From positions 3,296,001 to 3,360,000 of the forward strand of contig JASGHJ010000002.1 in the NCBI GenBank assembly GCA_047602405.1: a stretch of 64,000 nucleotides of DNA, in the 5' to 3' direction. Shown here one piece after another: positions 22,996 to 32,582 of the stretch; position 1 is the stretch's first letter; each line of letters opens with the position of its first letter. The translations under genes and the position numbers were made by a program. This stretch comes from Anaeromyxobacteraceae bacterium. Lineage in GTDB: Bacteria; Myxococcota; Myxococcia; Myxococcales; Anaeromyxobacteraceae. The notes under the pieces were generated by a model that worked only from the letters and a program-made list of their open reading frames with translations, was not told where the DNA came from and made no database searches.

Positions 22996-24306
22996 TCAGC
23001 GGATGGCGCCCAGCACGAGCGGGGCGGAGACGTCGAGCGCGCTCCCCTGGAACGCGGGGAAGACGACGCGGCGGGCGGCGCTCGAGAGGCAGCGGCCGAG
23101 CGGCGTGCCCTCGAGGTCGGCCTCGCCCACCCAGGCGCGCTGGACGGTGCCGTTCGGCCGGACCGTCAGGAAGAGCGTCGCCTTGCGATCGTCGACCCGG
23201 AGCGAGGGGTCGGCCTTCAGCGCGCGGCTGACGCACGCGGCGAAGGCGGGCCGGTTCTCGCGCAGGGCGCGCTCGACCGCCGGCTGGTCGAGCTCGGCGA
23301 GGCCGGTGTCGAGCGTGGAGCGCTCCACGGGCGCCGCGGGCGCCGCGTCGCCCTTCTTCTCGAGGAGGTCGAGGAGCCGCCAATCGTTCCGGGCGATGCG
23401 GAGGTTGCGCTGGGCGCGGTCGTCGGCCGGGGCCGCGGTGCGCTTCGGCTTCGCGGGGGCCGTGCCCGGGGCAGGGACCGGCGCGGGCGACGGGTCGGCG
23501 ACGGGGGACGCGGGCGGAGCGGACGGTGCGGCCGCCGCCCCCTCGGGCGCGGGGGCGGCACCGGCCGGCCCGGCGACGGGGGCCGGCCCGGGCGCGGGGG
23601 CAGGCTGCGCGGGCGAGGGCGAGGCGGGAGGTGTGGCCGTGACCGGCGCGGGCGCGGCGGCAGCCGGGACCGGCGGCGGCGCGGCTCGAGGGGCGGGCCG
23701 GGCGGCGGGTCGCGGGAAGAGCCAGCCGAGCTGCCAGGCCGCCACCGCCGCGGCGGCGAGCACGAGCAGCGCCGCGACCGCGATGCGGGCCGCACCGGGC
23801 CCTCGCGGCTCCGCCGCCGGAGGCGGCGCCATGGGCGACCCCGGGGAGCCAGACCCCGGGTCCTCGCGGGGCTCGACCGGGCCGGTGAGCGCCTCGACCG
23901 CGCGCGCCCCGGCCTCGGCGTCGGTGGTCGAGCCGAACACGCCCGCGCCCGGCGCGGTGGCCTCCGGCGCGGGGCGCGACCTCGGCACCTCACCGCCGCC
24001 GAGCCAGGCCATCTCCTCGTCGGTCATGCCCGGCACGTTCGCCCGCGGCACCGGGCCCGCACCGACCGCGTGGGTGGTGGGCGGCGTGACGTGCGGGACG
24101 GGGCGCGGCGGCAGGGGCGGCGGCGGACGCGGGACGGGGCGGCCCGCCGGCTGGCCCGGGCGGGCTGCAGCCGGGGCGGACGGCTGGCTGGCCGGCACGC
24201 GGATCATCGCGCCGCACTGGCGGCACGTGACGCGGAAGGCGCGGCCCTGGACCTTCTCGTCGGGGACCGAGTAGGCCCGCCCGCAGGCGTCGCACGAGAA
24301 GTTCAC
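22996..24306 (-). CDS. Zinc-ribbon / Pro-rich / TM / AgmX-PglI C-terminal-like protein
   Basis: N-terminal CxxC...CxxC, one TM segment, and a TonB-C-like tail (TVRPNGTV...LGRCL...FPAF). Confidence 0.75.
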   Translation of the reverse strand: MNFSCDACGRAYSVPDEKVQGRAFRVTCRQCGAMIRVPASQPSAPAAARPGQPAGRPVPRPPPPLPPRPVPHVTPPTTHAVGAGPVPRANVPGMTDEEMAWLGGGEVPRSRPAPEATAPGAGVFGSTTDAEAGARAVEALTGPVEPREDPGSGSPGSPMAPPPAAEPRGPGAARIAVAALLVLAAAAVAAWQLGWLFPRPAARPAPRAAPPPVPAAAAPAPVTATPPASPSPAQPAPAPGPAPVAGPAGAAPAPEGAAAAPSAPPASPVADPSPAPVPAPGTAPAKPKRTAAPADDRAQRNLRIARNDWRLLDLLEKKGDAAPAAPVERSTLDTGLAELDQPAVERALRENRPAFAACVSRALKADPSLRVDDRKATLFLTVRPNGTVQRAWVGEADLEGTPLGRCLSSAARRVVFPAFQGSALDVSAPLVLGAIR

Positions 24307-24354
24307 GTTGGGCTCGATCCTACAGCACGCCGCGCGGCCGCTGGCAAGCCGCCG

Positions 24355-25245
24355 TCACTCCGCCTCCGGCGCGGGCACGGCGCGCGCCGGGGCGAGCCCC
24401 ACCAGCCGCTCGCCCGGCTCACCACACGCCTCGTCCTCGTCGGCCGCGTCAATCCAGGGGTCGCTCCCCTGCCCCTCCGAGGAGGCGACCCTTCGCATGA
24501 GCTCCCGGTCGAGCAGGTGCGACGGGACGACGTGCCCGAGGGCGTGGAGGAGGTTGCTCTTCACGGAGGGGTGCTCGCGCGACAGCTCCGCGAGGAGCGC
24601 CTTCACGCGCTTGCGGCGCAGGTTGGGCTGCGAGCCGCAGAGGTCGCAGGGCACGATCGGGAAGCGCATCGCCTCCGAGAACGCGGCGATGTCCTCCTCC
24701 GCGGCGTAGCACAGCGGCCGGATGACGACGTTCCGCCCGTCGTTCGAGCGGAGCTTCGGCGGCATGGTCTTGAGCGCGCCCGAGTAGAGCGCCGAGAGGA
24801 GCAGCGTCTCGACGAGGTCGTCCCGGTGGTGGCCGAGCGCGATCTTGTTGCAGCCGAGCTCGACCGCCGTGTTGTAGAGGATCCCGCGCCTGAGGCGCGA
24901 GCAGACCGGGCAGGTGGTCTTCCCCTCGGGCACGAGCCGCCGGACGATGGAGAGGGTGTCCTCCTTGAGCATCCGGTAAGGGACCCCGGTGGAGGCGAGG
25001 TGGGCCTCGACCACGTGGGCCGGGTAGCCCGGGTGACCCTGGTCGAGGTTCACCGCGACGAGGTCGAACGCCACGGGGGCGCGCTCCCGCAGCCGCTGGA
25101 GCACGTGCAGGAGGGTGTAGGAGTCCTTGCCCCCGGACACGCCGACCAGGATGCGATCGCCGGCCTCGACGAGGTCGAAGTCGTGGATCGCCTCGGAGGT
25201 GGCGCGCAGGAGGCGGCGGAGGAGCTTCTGGGCGTCGGCGGGCAT
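24355..25245 (-). CDS. ttcA: tRNA 2-thiocytidine(32) synthetase
   Basis: SGGKDS, CPVCSRLRRG, ALGHHRDD and CDLCGSQ motifs. Confidence 0.95.
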   Translation of the reverse strand: MPADAQKLLRRLLRATSEAIHDFDLVEAGDRILVGVSGGKDSYTLLHVLQRLRERAPVAFDLVAVNLDQGHPGYPAHVVEAHLASTGVPYRMLKEDTLSIVRRLVPEGKTTCPVCSRLRRGILYNTAVELGCNKIALGHHRDDLVETLLLSALYSGALKTMPPKLRSNDGRNVVIRPLCYAAEEDIAAFSEAMRFPIVPCDLCGSQPNLRRKRVKALLAELSREHPSVKSNLLHALGHVVPSHLLDRELMRRVASSEGQGSDPWIDAADEDEACGEPGERLVGLAPARAVPAPEAE

Positions 25246-25335
25246 CGACCGTCCTTCTACCATTTTCGTTTGACGGCCTCGGCGCCCCTGCGATAAAGCC
25301 GCCCCCTCTAGCGGAACCACCTGCGGGGGCGTTCG

Positions 25336-25605
25336 ATGCCGGCCAAGGATCTGGGCACCAAGCACACCTGCTACAAGTGCGGGACGAAGTTCTACGACCT
25401 CCGCAAGCCGGAGCCGCTGTGCCCGAAGTGCGGCGCCGACCAGCGGCAGAGCCCGGCCCTGCGGCCCGCGGAGCGTCGCAAGCCGGCGCCCAAGCCCGCG
25501 CCCGTCCCCGTCGAGGCGCCCGAGGTGGACGCCGAGCTCGACGACGACGCCCCGCTCGACGACGAAGAAGACGACGCGGGCGCCGACGACGACGACGAGG
25601 GGTAG
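25336..25605 (+). CDS. FYDLN acid-domain protein (TIGR02300-like)
   Basis: [15 protein letters not shown]...CPKCG followed by an acidic tail. Confidence 0.9.
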   Translation: MPAKDLGTKHTCYKCGTKFYDLRKPEPLCPKCGADQRQSPALRPAERRKPAPKPAPVPVEAPEVDAELDDDAPLDDEEDDAGADDDDEG

Positions 25606-25701
25606 CCCTCACCCCCTCCGCGGCGTGGGGTCGCACGAGGCCCTGACGCGGGAGGCCGTTGTCCGTTGATCCGGGCGGCACGCCCGGATAAACGCTTGCT
25701 C

Positions 25702-26604
25702 GTGACCGAAGCCGCCCCCGCCTCCACCGTCCAGGCCCGGCCCCAGAGCTCCCCGCTCCAGGTCGCGCGCGACCTCCTCGCGCTCGCGAAGCCGCGGCTC
25801 TCCGGCCTCGTGATGATCACGAGCGCGGGGGGCCTCGCCCTCGCGCCGGGGAAGATCTCGACCGCGCGCGCGCTCGTGACCATCCTCGGCACCGCCGCCG
25901 TGGTCGGCGCCGCGAACGCGCTCAACTGCTTCATCGAGCGGGACATCGACGCCCGCATGCGCCGCACCCGCGACCGCCCGCTGCCCGCGGGCCGGGTGGA
26001 CCCCTTCACCGCGCTCGCGCTCGGGCTCATGGTGCCGGCCTTCGCGCTCCCGGTGCTCGCGTTCTCGGCGAACGCGCTCACCGCGTTCCTCGCGTTCTTC
26101 GCCCTCGTCCTCTACGTCGCCGTCTACACGCCCATGAAGCAGCGCTCGACCGCCGCGCTCCTCGTCGGCGCGGTCCCGGGCGCCATCCCGCCGCTCCTCG
26201 GCTGGACGGCGGTCACCGGCGCGATGGACCCGGGCGGCCTCGCGCTCTTCGCGCTCCTCTTCGCGTGGCAGGTGCCGCACTTCCTCGCGGTCTCGCTCTA
26301 CCTGCGCGAGGACTACGCCCGCGGCGGCCTCCGCGTCTTCTCCATCGTGCACGGCGAGCGGATGACCCGCATCGCCATCGCCGCCTCCGCGCTCGTGCTC
26401 GTGCCCATCTCGCTCGGGCCGGTCGCGCTCGGCTTCGCGGGCGGCGCCTACGCGGCCGTCGCGGTCGTCGCCGGCACGGCGCTCGTGGGCCTCGCGGTGG
26501 CGGGCCTCGGCAAGGAGGGCGGCCGCTGGGCACGCACCTTCTTCTTCGGCACGCTCATCCACCTCACCGTGCTGTTCGCGGTCCTCGTCTTCACGCGCCC
26601 GTGA
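25702..26604 (+). CDS. cyoE: Protoheme IX farnesyltransferase (heme o synthase)
   Basis: ERDIDARMRRTRDRPLP, YTPMK, GAVPGAIPP and WQVPHF motifs. Confidence 0.93.
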   Translation: MTEAAPASTVQARPQSSPLQVARDLLALAKPRLSGLVMITSAGGLALAPGKISTARALVTILGTAAVVGAANALNCFIERDIDARMRRTRDRPLPAGRVDPFTALALGLMVPAFALPVLAFSANALTAFLAFFALVLYVAVYTPMKQRSTAALLVGAVPGAIPPLLGWTAVTGAMDPGGLALFALLFAWQVPHFLAVSLYLREDYARGGLRVFSIVHGERMTRIAIAASALVLVPISLGPVALGFAGGAYAAVAVVAGTALVGLAVAGLGKEGGRWARTFFFGTLIHLTVLFAVLVFTRP

Positions 26605-27041
26605 CCGCCCTCGGCGAGACCCTCCCCTCCGTCAACGCGGCCCTCAACCTCGCCGCGTTCGTGCTCCTCGTCCTCGCCTGGCGGGCCATCCGGGCAGGCG
26701 ACCGCGCGCGGCACCGCGCGCTCGTGCTCTCCGCGCTCGGGTGCTCGGCGCTCTTCCTCGTCGGCTACCTGACCCGCGTCGCGCTCACCGGCACGCACCG
26801 GTTCCCGGTCGAGGGGGGCCTGAAGACCCTCTACCTCGCGATCCTCGCGAGCCACACGGTGCTCGCCGTCGTGTGCCTGCCCCTCGTGCTCCGCGCGCTC
26901 TTCCTCGGCTGGCACGAGCGCTTCGCCGAGCACCGCCGCATCGCCCGCTGGACCGCGCCGATCTGGGCGTATGTGTCCGTGACCGGCGTCGCGGTGTACG
27001 TGCTGCTGTACCGGGTCGCACCGGCGGTCGCGGGGCAGTAG
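26601..27041 (+). CDS. DUF420 membrane protein
   Basis: LP.VNA.LN, YL.ILASH and HRRIARWT.PIW.YVSVTGV motifs; coupled to cyoE. Confidence 0.9.
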   Translation: MTALGETLPSVNAALNLAAFVLLVLAWRAIRAGDRARHRALVLSALGCSALFLVGYLTRVALTGTHRFPVEGGLKTLYLAILASHTVLAVVCLPLVLRALFLGWHERFAEHRRIARWTAPIWAYVSVTGVAVYVLLYRVAPAVAGQ

Positions 27042-27060
27042 TACCTCCCCGCCCCTCCTG

Positions 27061-27317
27061 GTGACGTTGCCGCGGGCCGCCTCGCGGGGTCTCTCCGTCC
27101 TCGGGCGCCAAGGCAACGTCCCGCCGCGGAGGGGATCCTGGAGACGGTACGGAGCTGGTGGAGACCCGCGGCGCGTCCACGCGTGCCAGCCGAGTGAGAC
27201 GTCGCGATCGGCGTGAAGTGCCCGGCTCGGCTGTCACGCTCCGCGCAGATCGCGGCTCCGATCTTGGGCGGGCCAGCCGGGCGCCCTGCGGGGCGGAGAG
27301 ACCCCGCGAGGCGGCTC
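27061..27317 (+). ncRNA. Structured ~255-nt element, copy A (candidate ncRNA or MITE/REPIN-like unit)
   Basis: Perfect 22-bp arms at 27076-27097 / 27294-27315; folds as a long imperfect hairpin; homologous to copy B. Confidence 0.55.
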
Positions 27318-27469
27318 GAGGAGTGGCAGACGTGGCGAGCACGGTGATGCTCGCGCCTTGAGTCCTGCGCGGATGGCATCATCCGGAGCGCACCACAGCG
27401 GTGCAGGCTCACCTCCGCGACCCCGCTGGTCGTCCGCGGACGCGGGCGTCTCCATCTCTGCACCGACCC

Positions 27470-27727
27470 GCGGCCGGATCGCGGGGGCCCTCCGCCCGGA
27501 GGGCCCTCGGCTGGCCCGCCCAACGACGGAGCCGCGATCTGCGCGGAGCGTGACAGGCGAAACGACGTGCCCTCACCTCCACGCCGACGCCCCGCTCGCC
27601 TGGCACGCGTGGACGCGCCGCGGGTCTCCACTCGCGGAGACGACTCCAGCTTCCCTGACGCGGCGGGCCTTTGCCCTAGGGCCCGAGGACGGAGGGCCCC
27701 CGCGAGGCGGCCCCACGGCACCATCAC
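27470..27727 (-). ncRNA. Structured ~255-nt element, copy B (inverted relative to A)
   Basis: Perfect 16-bp arms at 27479-27494 / 27690-27705; 32-nt and 30-nt blocks identical to copy A; compensatory stem changes. Confidence 0.55.
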
Positions 27728-27751
27728 GGCCACCGAGCGCGCGGACCCCAC

Positions 27752-27791
27752 AAAAACAAACCGCCGGGACGCCCCATGCGTCCCGGCGGTT
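27752..27791 (-). terminator. Rho-independent terminator of the small minus-strand gene
   Basis: 14-bp stem aaccgccgggacgc / gcgtcccggcggtt followed by TTTGTTTTT on the minus strand. Confidence 0.8.
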
Positions 27792-27842
27792 GCCACGTCC
27801 GGCCCCTGGATTCCGGGCGAGGCGAACTCGTCGAAGCTCCGG

Positions 27843-27980
27843 CTAGTGCAGGCGGCTCACGTGCGAGACGGCGAGGGTCACGAGGCCGACGAGCCAGGCC
27901 AGCGCCATCAGCCCGCGCGCGGGCAGCACGTCGACCAGCACCAGCATCCCGTCCCCGACCTTCGAACCCTGCTTCGCCAT
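27843..27980 (-). CDS. Small 45-aa single-TM protein
   Basis: GGAGG RBS; MAKQGSKVGDGMLVLVDVLPARGLMALAWLVGLVTLAVSHVSRLH; has its own promoter and terminator. Confidence 0.7.
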   Translation of the reverse strand: MAKQGSKVGDGMLVLVDVLPARGLMALAWLVGLVTLAVSHVSRLH

Positions 27981-28013
27981 GACCGCGTGACCTCCGTGCT
28001 TCGTGATGGTCGG

Positions 28014-28177
28014 AGTATGCCCGGGCTCGCGTCGACTCTCCGTGACGACCCTCACACACAGTCGGAATCCGTTGGGCTCCCTCCCCCGTGGTGTGGGAGT
28101 GACCGCGCGCACAGCTGCGGTGCGCCGGCGTGACGCCGCTCACGCGAAACGGTGCCGTCCCTGTGACGCGGCTCACG
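28014..28177. promoter_or_regulatory. Cluster of CRP/FNR-family GTGA-N6-TCAC boxes plus a minus-strand -10 (CATACT, 28014-28019)
   Basis: Boxes at 28041-28056, 28098-28113 (degenerate), 28129-28144 and 28162-28177. Confidence 0.65.
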
Positions 28178-28197
28178 CGGCGCGGTACCATCCGGGC

Positions 28198-28881
28198 ATG
28201 CGCTCCGGAAAGGCCGCTTCGGCGCTCCTCCTCACCGGCCTCGCGGCCTGCGGGGGCGGTGTCGCCCGCGTCGAGCTCGACCCCCCGTCGCTCCGCCTCG
28301 GCGTGCGCGGGCAGGTCGCGAAGGTCCACGCCTCGCCCCGCGACAAGAACGGCAAGTCGCTGCCCGCCTCCATCTGCGCGTGGCGCTCGTCCGACGAGAA
28401 GGTCGCGACGGTGCGCGGGGCGAACGACGCGGAGATCACGGCGGCCGGACCGGGGGAGGCCACCGTCACCTGCGCGATCGGCGACGCGAAGGGCGAGGTG
28501 ACGGTGCTCGTGCGGGTGGTGTCGAAGGTGACGGCGAGCCCGGCGCGGGTGGAGCTGCAGGTGCTCGACGAGCCGAAGGCGTTCCCGGTCGTGGTGGAGG
28601 CGTTCGACGACGCCGGGGCGCGGGTGGTCGGCCGGCACGCCACCTCGCACTGCGCGAGCGAGGACGTGTGCCGCGGCGACAGCGTGCCCCAGCTCTGGCC
28701 GGTGGGCGCGGGCGACACGACCGCGTTCATCCAGGTCGAGGGCGCCCGCTCCGAGCCGATCGCGGTGCACGTCGTGGACGCGCGCTCCGCCGCGGCGAAG
28801 CCGAAGCGCGTGACCGGCAACCCGATGGAGGCTTACGAGAAGGAGTACCAGCGCCGCCTGAAGGAGCAGCAGAAGCGCTGA
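28198..28881 (+). CDS. Ig-like (Big_2) domain lipoprotein
   Basis: Lipobox LAAC; WRSSDEKVATV...ITAAGPGEATVT. Confidence 0.85.
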   Translation: MRSGKAASALLLTGLAACGGGVARVELDPPSLRLGVRGQVAKVHASPRDKNGKSLPASICAWRSSDEKVATVRGANDAEITAAGPGEATVTCAIGDAKGEVTVLVRVVSKVTASPARVELQVLDEPKAFPVVVEAFDDAGARVVGRHATSHCASEDVCRGDSVPQLWPVGAGDTTAFIQVEGARSEPIAVHVVDARSAAAKPKRVTGNPMEAYEKEYQRRLKEQQKR

Positions 28882-28898
28882 AGGACGCGGGGCCGCGT

Positions 28899-31131
28899 CT
28901 ACTTCGCCGCGAGCAGCCGCCCGGCCTCCTCGGCGTGGGCGGCCTTCCCGCAGAGCTTCACGTAGGCCTCGAGGCGCTGCTTCGCGACGTCGGAGAGCTT
29001 CTTCGCGTCGTACTCGAGCTTGCCGGCGCCCCACAGGGCCTCGCAGCTCGCCGGGTCCTTGCCGAGCGCCTTCTCGTAGAGGTCCGAGAGCACGTTCGGC
29101 TTCGCGCCGCGGGCCCGCTCGGCCTCGGCCATCTCGACGTACGCGGCGGCCGCGCCGCCGGTGCCGCCCTGGCCGTACTCGTCGATGGCCGCGGTGAGCT
29201 CCACGAGCGCGCCGGGCACGTTGTTCCGCGCCCGGTACAGGCGCGCGAGCGCCACCCGGGCGTCGGGGAACTTGCCGCCGAGCTGGATGGCCTTCTGGTA
29301 CTGGCCCTGCGCGAGGTCGGCGTCGCCGGCGGCGCGGTAGGCCTCGCCCATGAGCAGCGCGAGGCGGGGGTTCTCGCCGATCTGCCCCTGGGCGCGCTTC
29401 ACGCTCTCGAGCGCGAGCTTCGGCCCGCCCTCGAGCGCGAGCTGCGCGCCCACGAGGTCGGCGACGAGCCCGACGCGCTTCGGCTCCATCGACATCGCCC
29501 GCTTGAACGCCTCGGCGGCGCCCTTCGGGTCGCCCTCGCGCAGCTTGCGGATGCCCACGAGCCGCGGGAGCTCGGCGTTGGTCGGGTCGAGCTTCGCGGC
29601 CTCCGCCTCCGCCGCGGCCGCCTCGGCCGCCTTGCCCTGCGCGGCGAGCACGCCGGCCTTGAGCGCGTGGGCGAGGGCGAGCTCGGGCTTCGAGGCCCTG
29701 AGCGCCGGCGAGAGCACGGCCTCGGCGGCCCTGGAGGCCTCGTCGAGCTGGCCCCGGCCGAGGAGCACGAGCCCCTTCCCGAGGATCGCGCCCGCGTGCT
29801 CCTTCTCGATGCGCAGCGTGTAGTCGTAGAACGCGCTCGCCTGGAGCTCGTAGCCCTCGCCGCGGCGCCGGAACTGCTCGGCGAGCAGGAACGAGAGCCG
29901 GGCGTCGCCGGGTGCGGCCTTCTGGGCCTGGGTGAGCTCGTCGCGCGCGGCGTCGAGGTCGCCGCCGCGGAGCTGGACCGCGCCGAGCGTGCCCTGCAGG
30001 AGCGGGCTCGAGGCGCCGCCCTCCATCACCGACTTCACCGTCTCCTGCGCCCTCGCGGAATCGCCGCCGGCCGCGAGGAGGTAGGCCTCCGCCGCGATGA
30101 GGTGGGAGTGCCGCTGCTTCGCCCTGGCGGCCGCCTCGACCTGCTCCTTCGCGGGCTTCGCGGCGTCGGCCTCGCCGTGCTCGAGCGCGCGGAGCGCGTC
30201 GGCGTAGGCGAGGAAGGCGCGGCCGGCGACCGAGTCGCCGTCCTTCTCGAGGATCTCGGCCGCCTTCCGGGCGGCCTCGTCGTAGGCGGAGGCCGTGTCC
30301 TTCTCGAGGAGCGGGGCGATCTCCTTGATGAGCCGGTCGATGGCCTCGAAGCGCTCCTTGCGCGCCTTCGACCAGAAGAACCAGCCGCCGAGGGCGACCA
30401 TGAGCACCACCGCGAGCGCGGCGGTGGTCGCGAACGTGCCGCGCCGGTTGCGGGGCTTCTTGACCCCGGCGACGATCGTGAACTCCTTCGTCTTGTACTG
30501 CTCGGCGAGGGCGTCGGCGATCGCGACGTTGCGTGCGCGGGAGGTCGGGGGCGGCGTGGGCGCCGGGGTCTCGGCGCCGGTGGCGGTCGCGCCGGCGTGG
30601 GCGGCGGGCGGCGCGGCGGCGGGGATCCGGGGGCCCGAGGCGCGGGGCTGCACGGTCGGCGGGCCGGAGACCGGGGTGCGGCTGGGCGCCGGCGGCGGCG
30701 GCGGGGCCGCCGAGACGCCGAACTGCTCGAGCGCGGCGCGGGTCTCCGGGTCGTCCGGGGAGACCTCGTGGGCCTTGCGCAGCGCGGCCTCGCCGGCGGT
30801 CTTCTCGCCGAGCCTGAGGTGCATGACGCCGGCGAGCCGGAGCGCGGCGGCGAAGGTCGGCCAGGTCGTCAGGACGGCCTGGATCTTCCTCGAGGCCGCG
30901 GCGGTCCTTCCCCTGGTCCGCGTAGACGCGCGCGAGGAGCACGCGCGCGGACGGGTCGTCCGGGTGCGCCTTCACGCCCTTCTTGCAGACGACCATCGCC
31001 TCCATGAAGCGCCCGGACGCGAGGTACGCCTCGGTGAGGGGGCGGTACGCGTCGGACGCCGGATCCGAGGCGAACGCGTGCTCGAGGGCGGAGAGCTCGG
31101 CGGGGCTCGGGGCTTTGGCGGGAGGGGGCAT
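28899..31131 (-). CDS. TPR protein with a central TM helix (apparent +1 frameshift near 30886)
   Basis: N-terminal TPRs (AYRPLTEAYL...ARVLLARVY) continue in the shifted frame as IQAVLTTWPTFAAALRLAGVMHL; many C-terminal TPRs. Confidence 0.8.
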
Positions 31132-31216
31132 GTGGGCGCAGGTCCGCGCCTTTTCCATGAATCGCGCGGGGTCGAATCGGTCTAACAAGCGGCCGAACGT
31201 GAGTCAAACACGCCGC

Positions 31217-31246
31217 TTGACACTGGGGTGCCCTAGCCGATAAGCA
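31217..31246 (+). promoter_or_regulatory. Probable tRNA promoter
   Basis: TTGACA at 31217 and TAAGCA 18 nt downstream. Confidence 0.55.
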
Positions 31247-31279
31247 AGGCGTCCCTTCGAGACCGGAAGGGAACGTTGT

Positions 31280-31355
31280 GGGGGTGTAGCTCAGCTGGGA
31301 GAGCGCTAGAATCGCACTCTAGAGGTCATCGGTTCGATCCCGTTCACCTCCACCA
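31280..31355 (+). tRNA. tRNA-Ala (anticodon CGC)
   Basis: Cloverleaf with GGGGGTG/CACCTCC acceptor (G3:U70), anticodon arm CTAGA-ATCGCAC-TCTAG, TTCGA T-loop and encoded CCA. Confidence 0.96.
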
Positions 31356-31360
31356 CATCA

Positions 31361-31397
31361 GACGGGCCCGGCGGAAACGCCGGGCCCGTCGCCTTTT
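31361..31397 (+). terminator. Rho-independent terminator after the tRNA
   Basis: gacgggcccggcg-GAAA-cgccgggcccgtc followed by ctttt. Confidence 0.85.
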
Positions 31398-31408
31398 CCG
31401 GTTCTGCT

Positions 31409-32533
31409 TCAGGTTGCGCGCCCGGGTCCCGCCTCCGGGCGTACCGGACCGGACGCCTCGCCCTCGAGCACGACGGTCCGCGTCGGGAACGCGAACGCCG
31501 ACCCCGACCGCTCCACGATCTCCATGAACCGGAGCAGGAGCTCCTGCCGGATGCCGGTGAACTCTCCCCAGTCGGTCGTCCCGAACCAGGCGACGACCTC
31601 CACGTTGAGGGCCGAGTCGCCGAGCGCGGTGAACCGGACCGAGATCCCGTCCGGCCAGATCTTCGGGTGGCTCCTGAGCGCGTGCTCCACCTCGGCGAGG
31701 ATGCGCCGCAGCTGCTCCGAGCGCGTCGAGTAGACGAGCGCCAGGTTGACGAGCAGCCGGATCCGGTCGCGGGCGGCGAACGTCTCGGCCTTCTGGTCGG
31801 CGAGCTTGCCGTTCGGGAGGGTGACGAGCGTGCGGTCGAGCGTCCGGATGCGCGTCGAGCGCAGCCCGATGCTCTCCACCGTGCCCTGCACGTCGTCGAC
31901 CTTCACGAAGTCCCCGATCCGGAACGGCTGGTCGATGCCGATGGCCACCGATCCGATCAGGTGCTCGACCGTCTTCTGCGCGGCGAGCGCGAGCGCGATG
32001 CCGCCGATGCCGAGGCCGGCGAGGAGGCTCGCCACCTGGAAGCCGAGCTCGGAGAGCACCGCCACGACGCCGAGCGCGAGGAGGACGATCTTCGCGAACT
32101 TGCGACCGCTCGGGAGGAAGCCGGCGAGCGAGGGGTTGCTCCGCGTCCAGGGCGCCACGCTCATGAGCCCGAACGCGACGTTCACCGAGCGGAAGCCCGC
32201 CCAGAAGAGCGTGAAGAACATGCCCGAGCGGACGACGCGCTGGAGCACGCCGGCCGCACCCGGGCCGAGGTCCAGGATCGGCTCCGCGAGCGTCGCGAGG
32301 GCGAAGGTCCACAGCAGCGTGATGGGCGCCGAGAGCCGCTCGAGGAGCTCGTCGTCCCAGGTGGTCTCGGTCCGGGCCGCGACGTGCCCGAGGATGCGGC
32401 GGGTGGCCCAGCCGAGGAGCGATCCGAGGAGGAGCGCGAGGACGACCAGCAGGGGGATCGCGATCCACTGCCACCAGGCGAGGCCGCCCGGGCCGAGGGC
32501 CCGGAGCGCGTGCGGGAGGTGCTGCTCGATCAT
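31409..32533 (-). CDS. mscS: Small-conductance mechanosensitive channel family protein
   Basis: LLAGLGIGGIALALAAQ, DQPFRIGD, GTVESIGLRSTRIRT and FAFPTRTV motifs. Confidence 0.9.
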   Translation of the reverse strand: MIEQHLPHALRALGPGGLAWWQWIAIPLLVVLALLLGSLLGWATRRILGHVAARTETTWDDELLERLSAPITLLWTFALATLAEPILDLGPGAAGVLQRVVRSGMFFTLFWAGFRSVNVAFGLMSVAPWTRSNPSLAGFLPSGRKFAKIVLLALGVVAVLSELGFQVASLLAGLGIGGIALALAAQKTVEHLIGSVAIGIDQPFRIGDFVKVDDVQGTVESIGLRSTRIRTLDRTLVTLPNGKLADQKAETFAARDRIRLLVNLALVYSTRSEQLRRILAEVEHALRSHPKIWPDGISVRFTALGDSALNVEVVAWFGTTDWGEFTGIRQELLLRFMEIVERSGSAFAFPTRTVVLEGEASGPVRPEAGPGRAT

Positions 32534-32582
32534 GGGCGGGAGGCTATCGCACGACGGCCCGGGGTTGGGTAGAACCCTGCGC

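Noticed and set aside
27061..27727. CRISPR array or integron attC sites
   Set aside because: The repeats are inverted, there are only two units, there are no cas or intI genes, and there are no RYYYAAC/GTTRRRY ends
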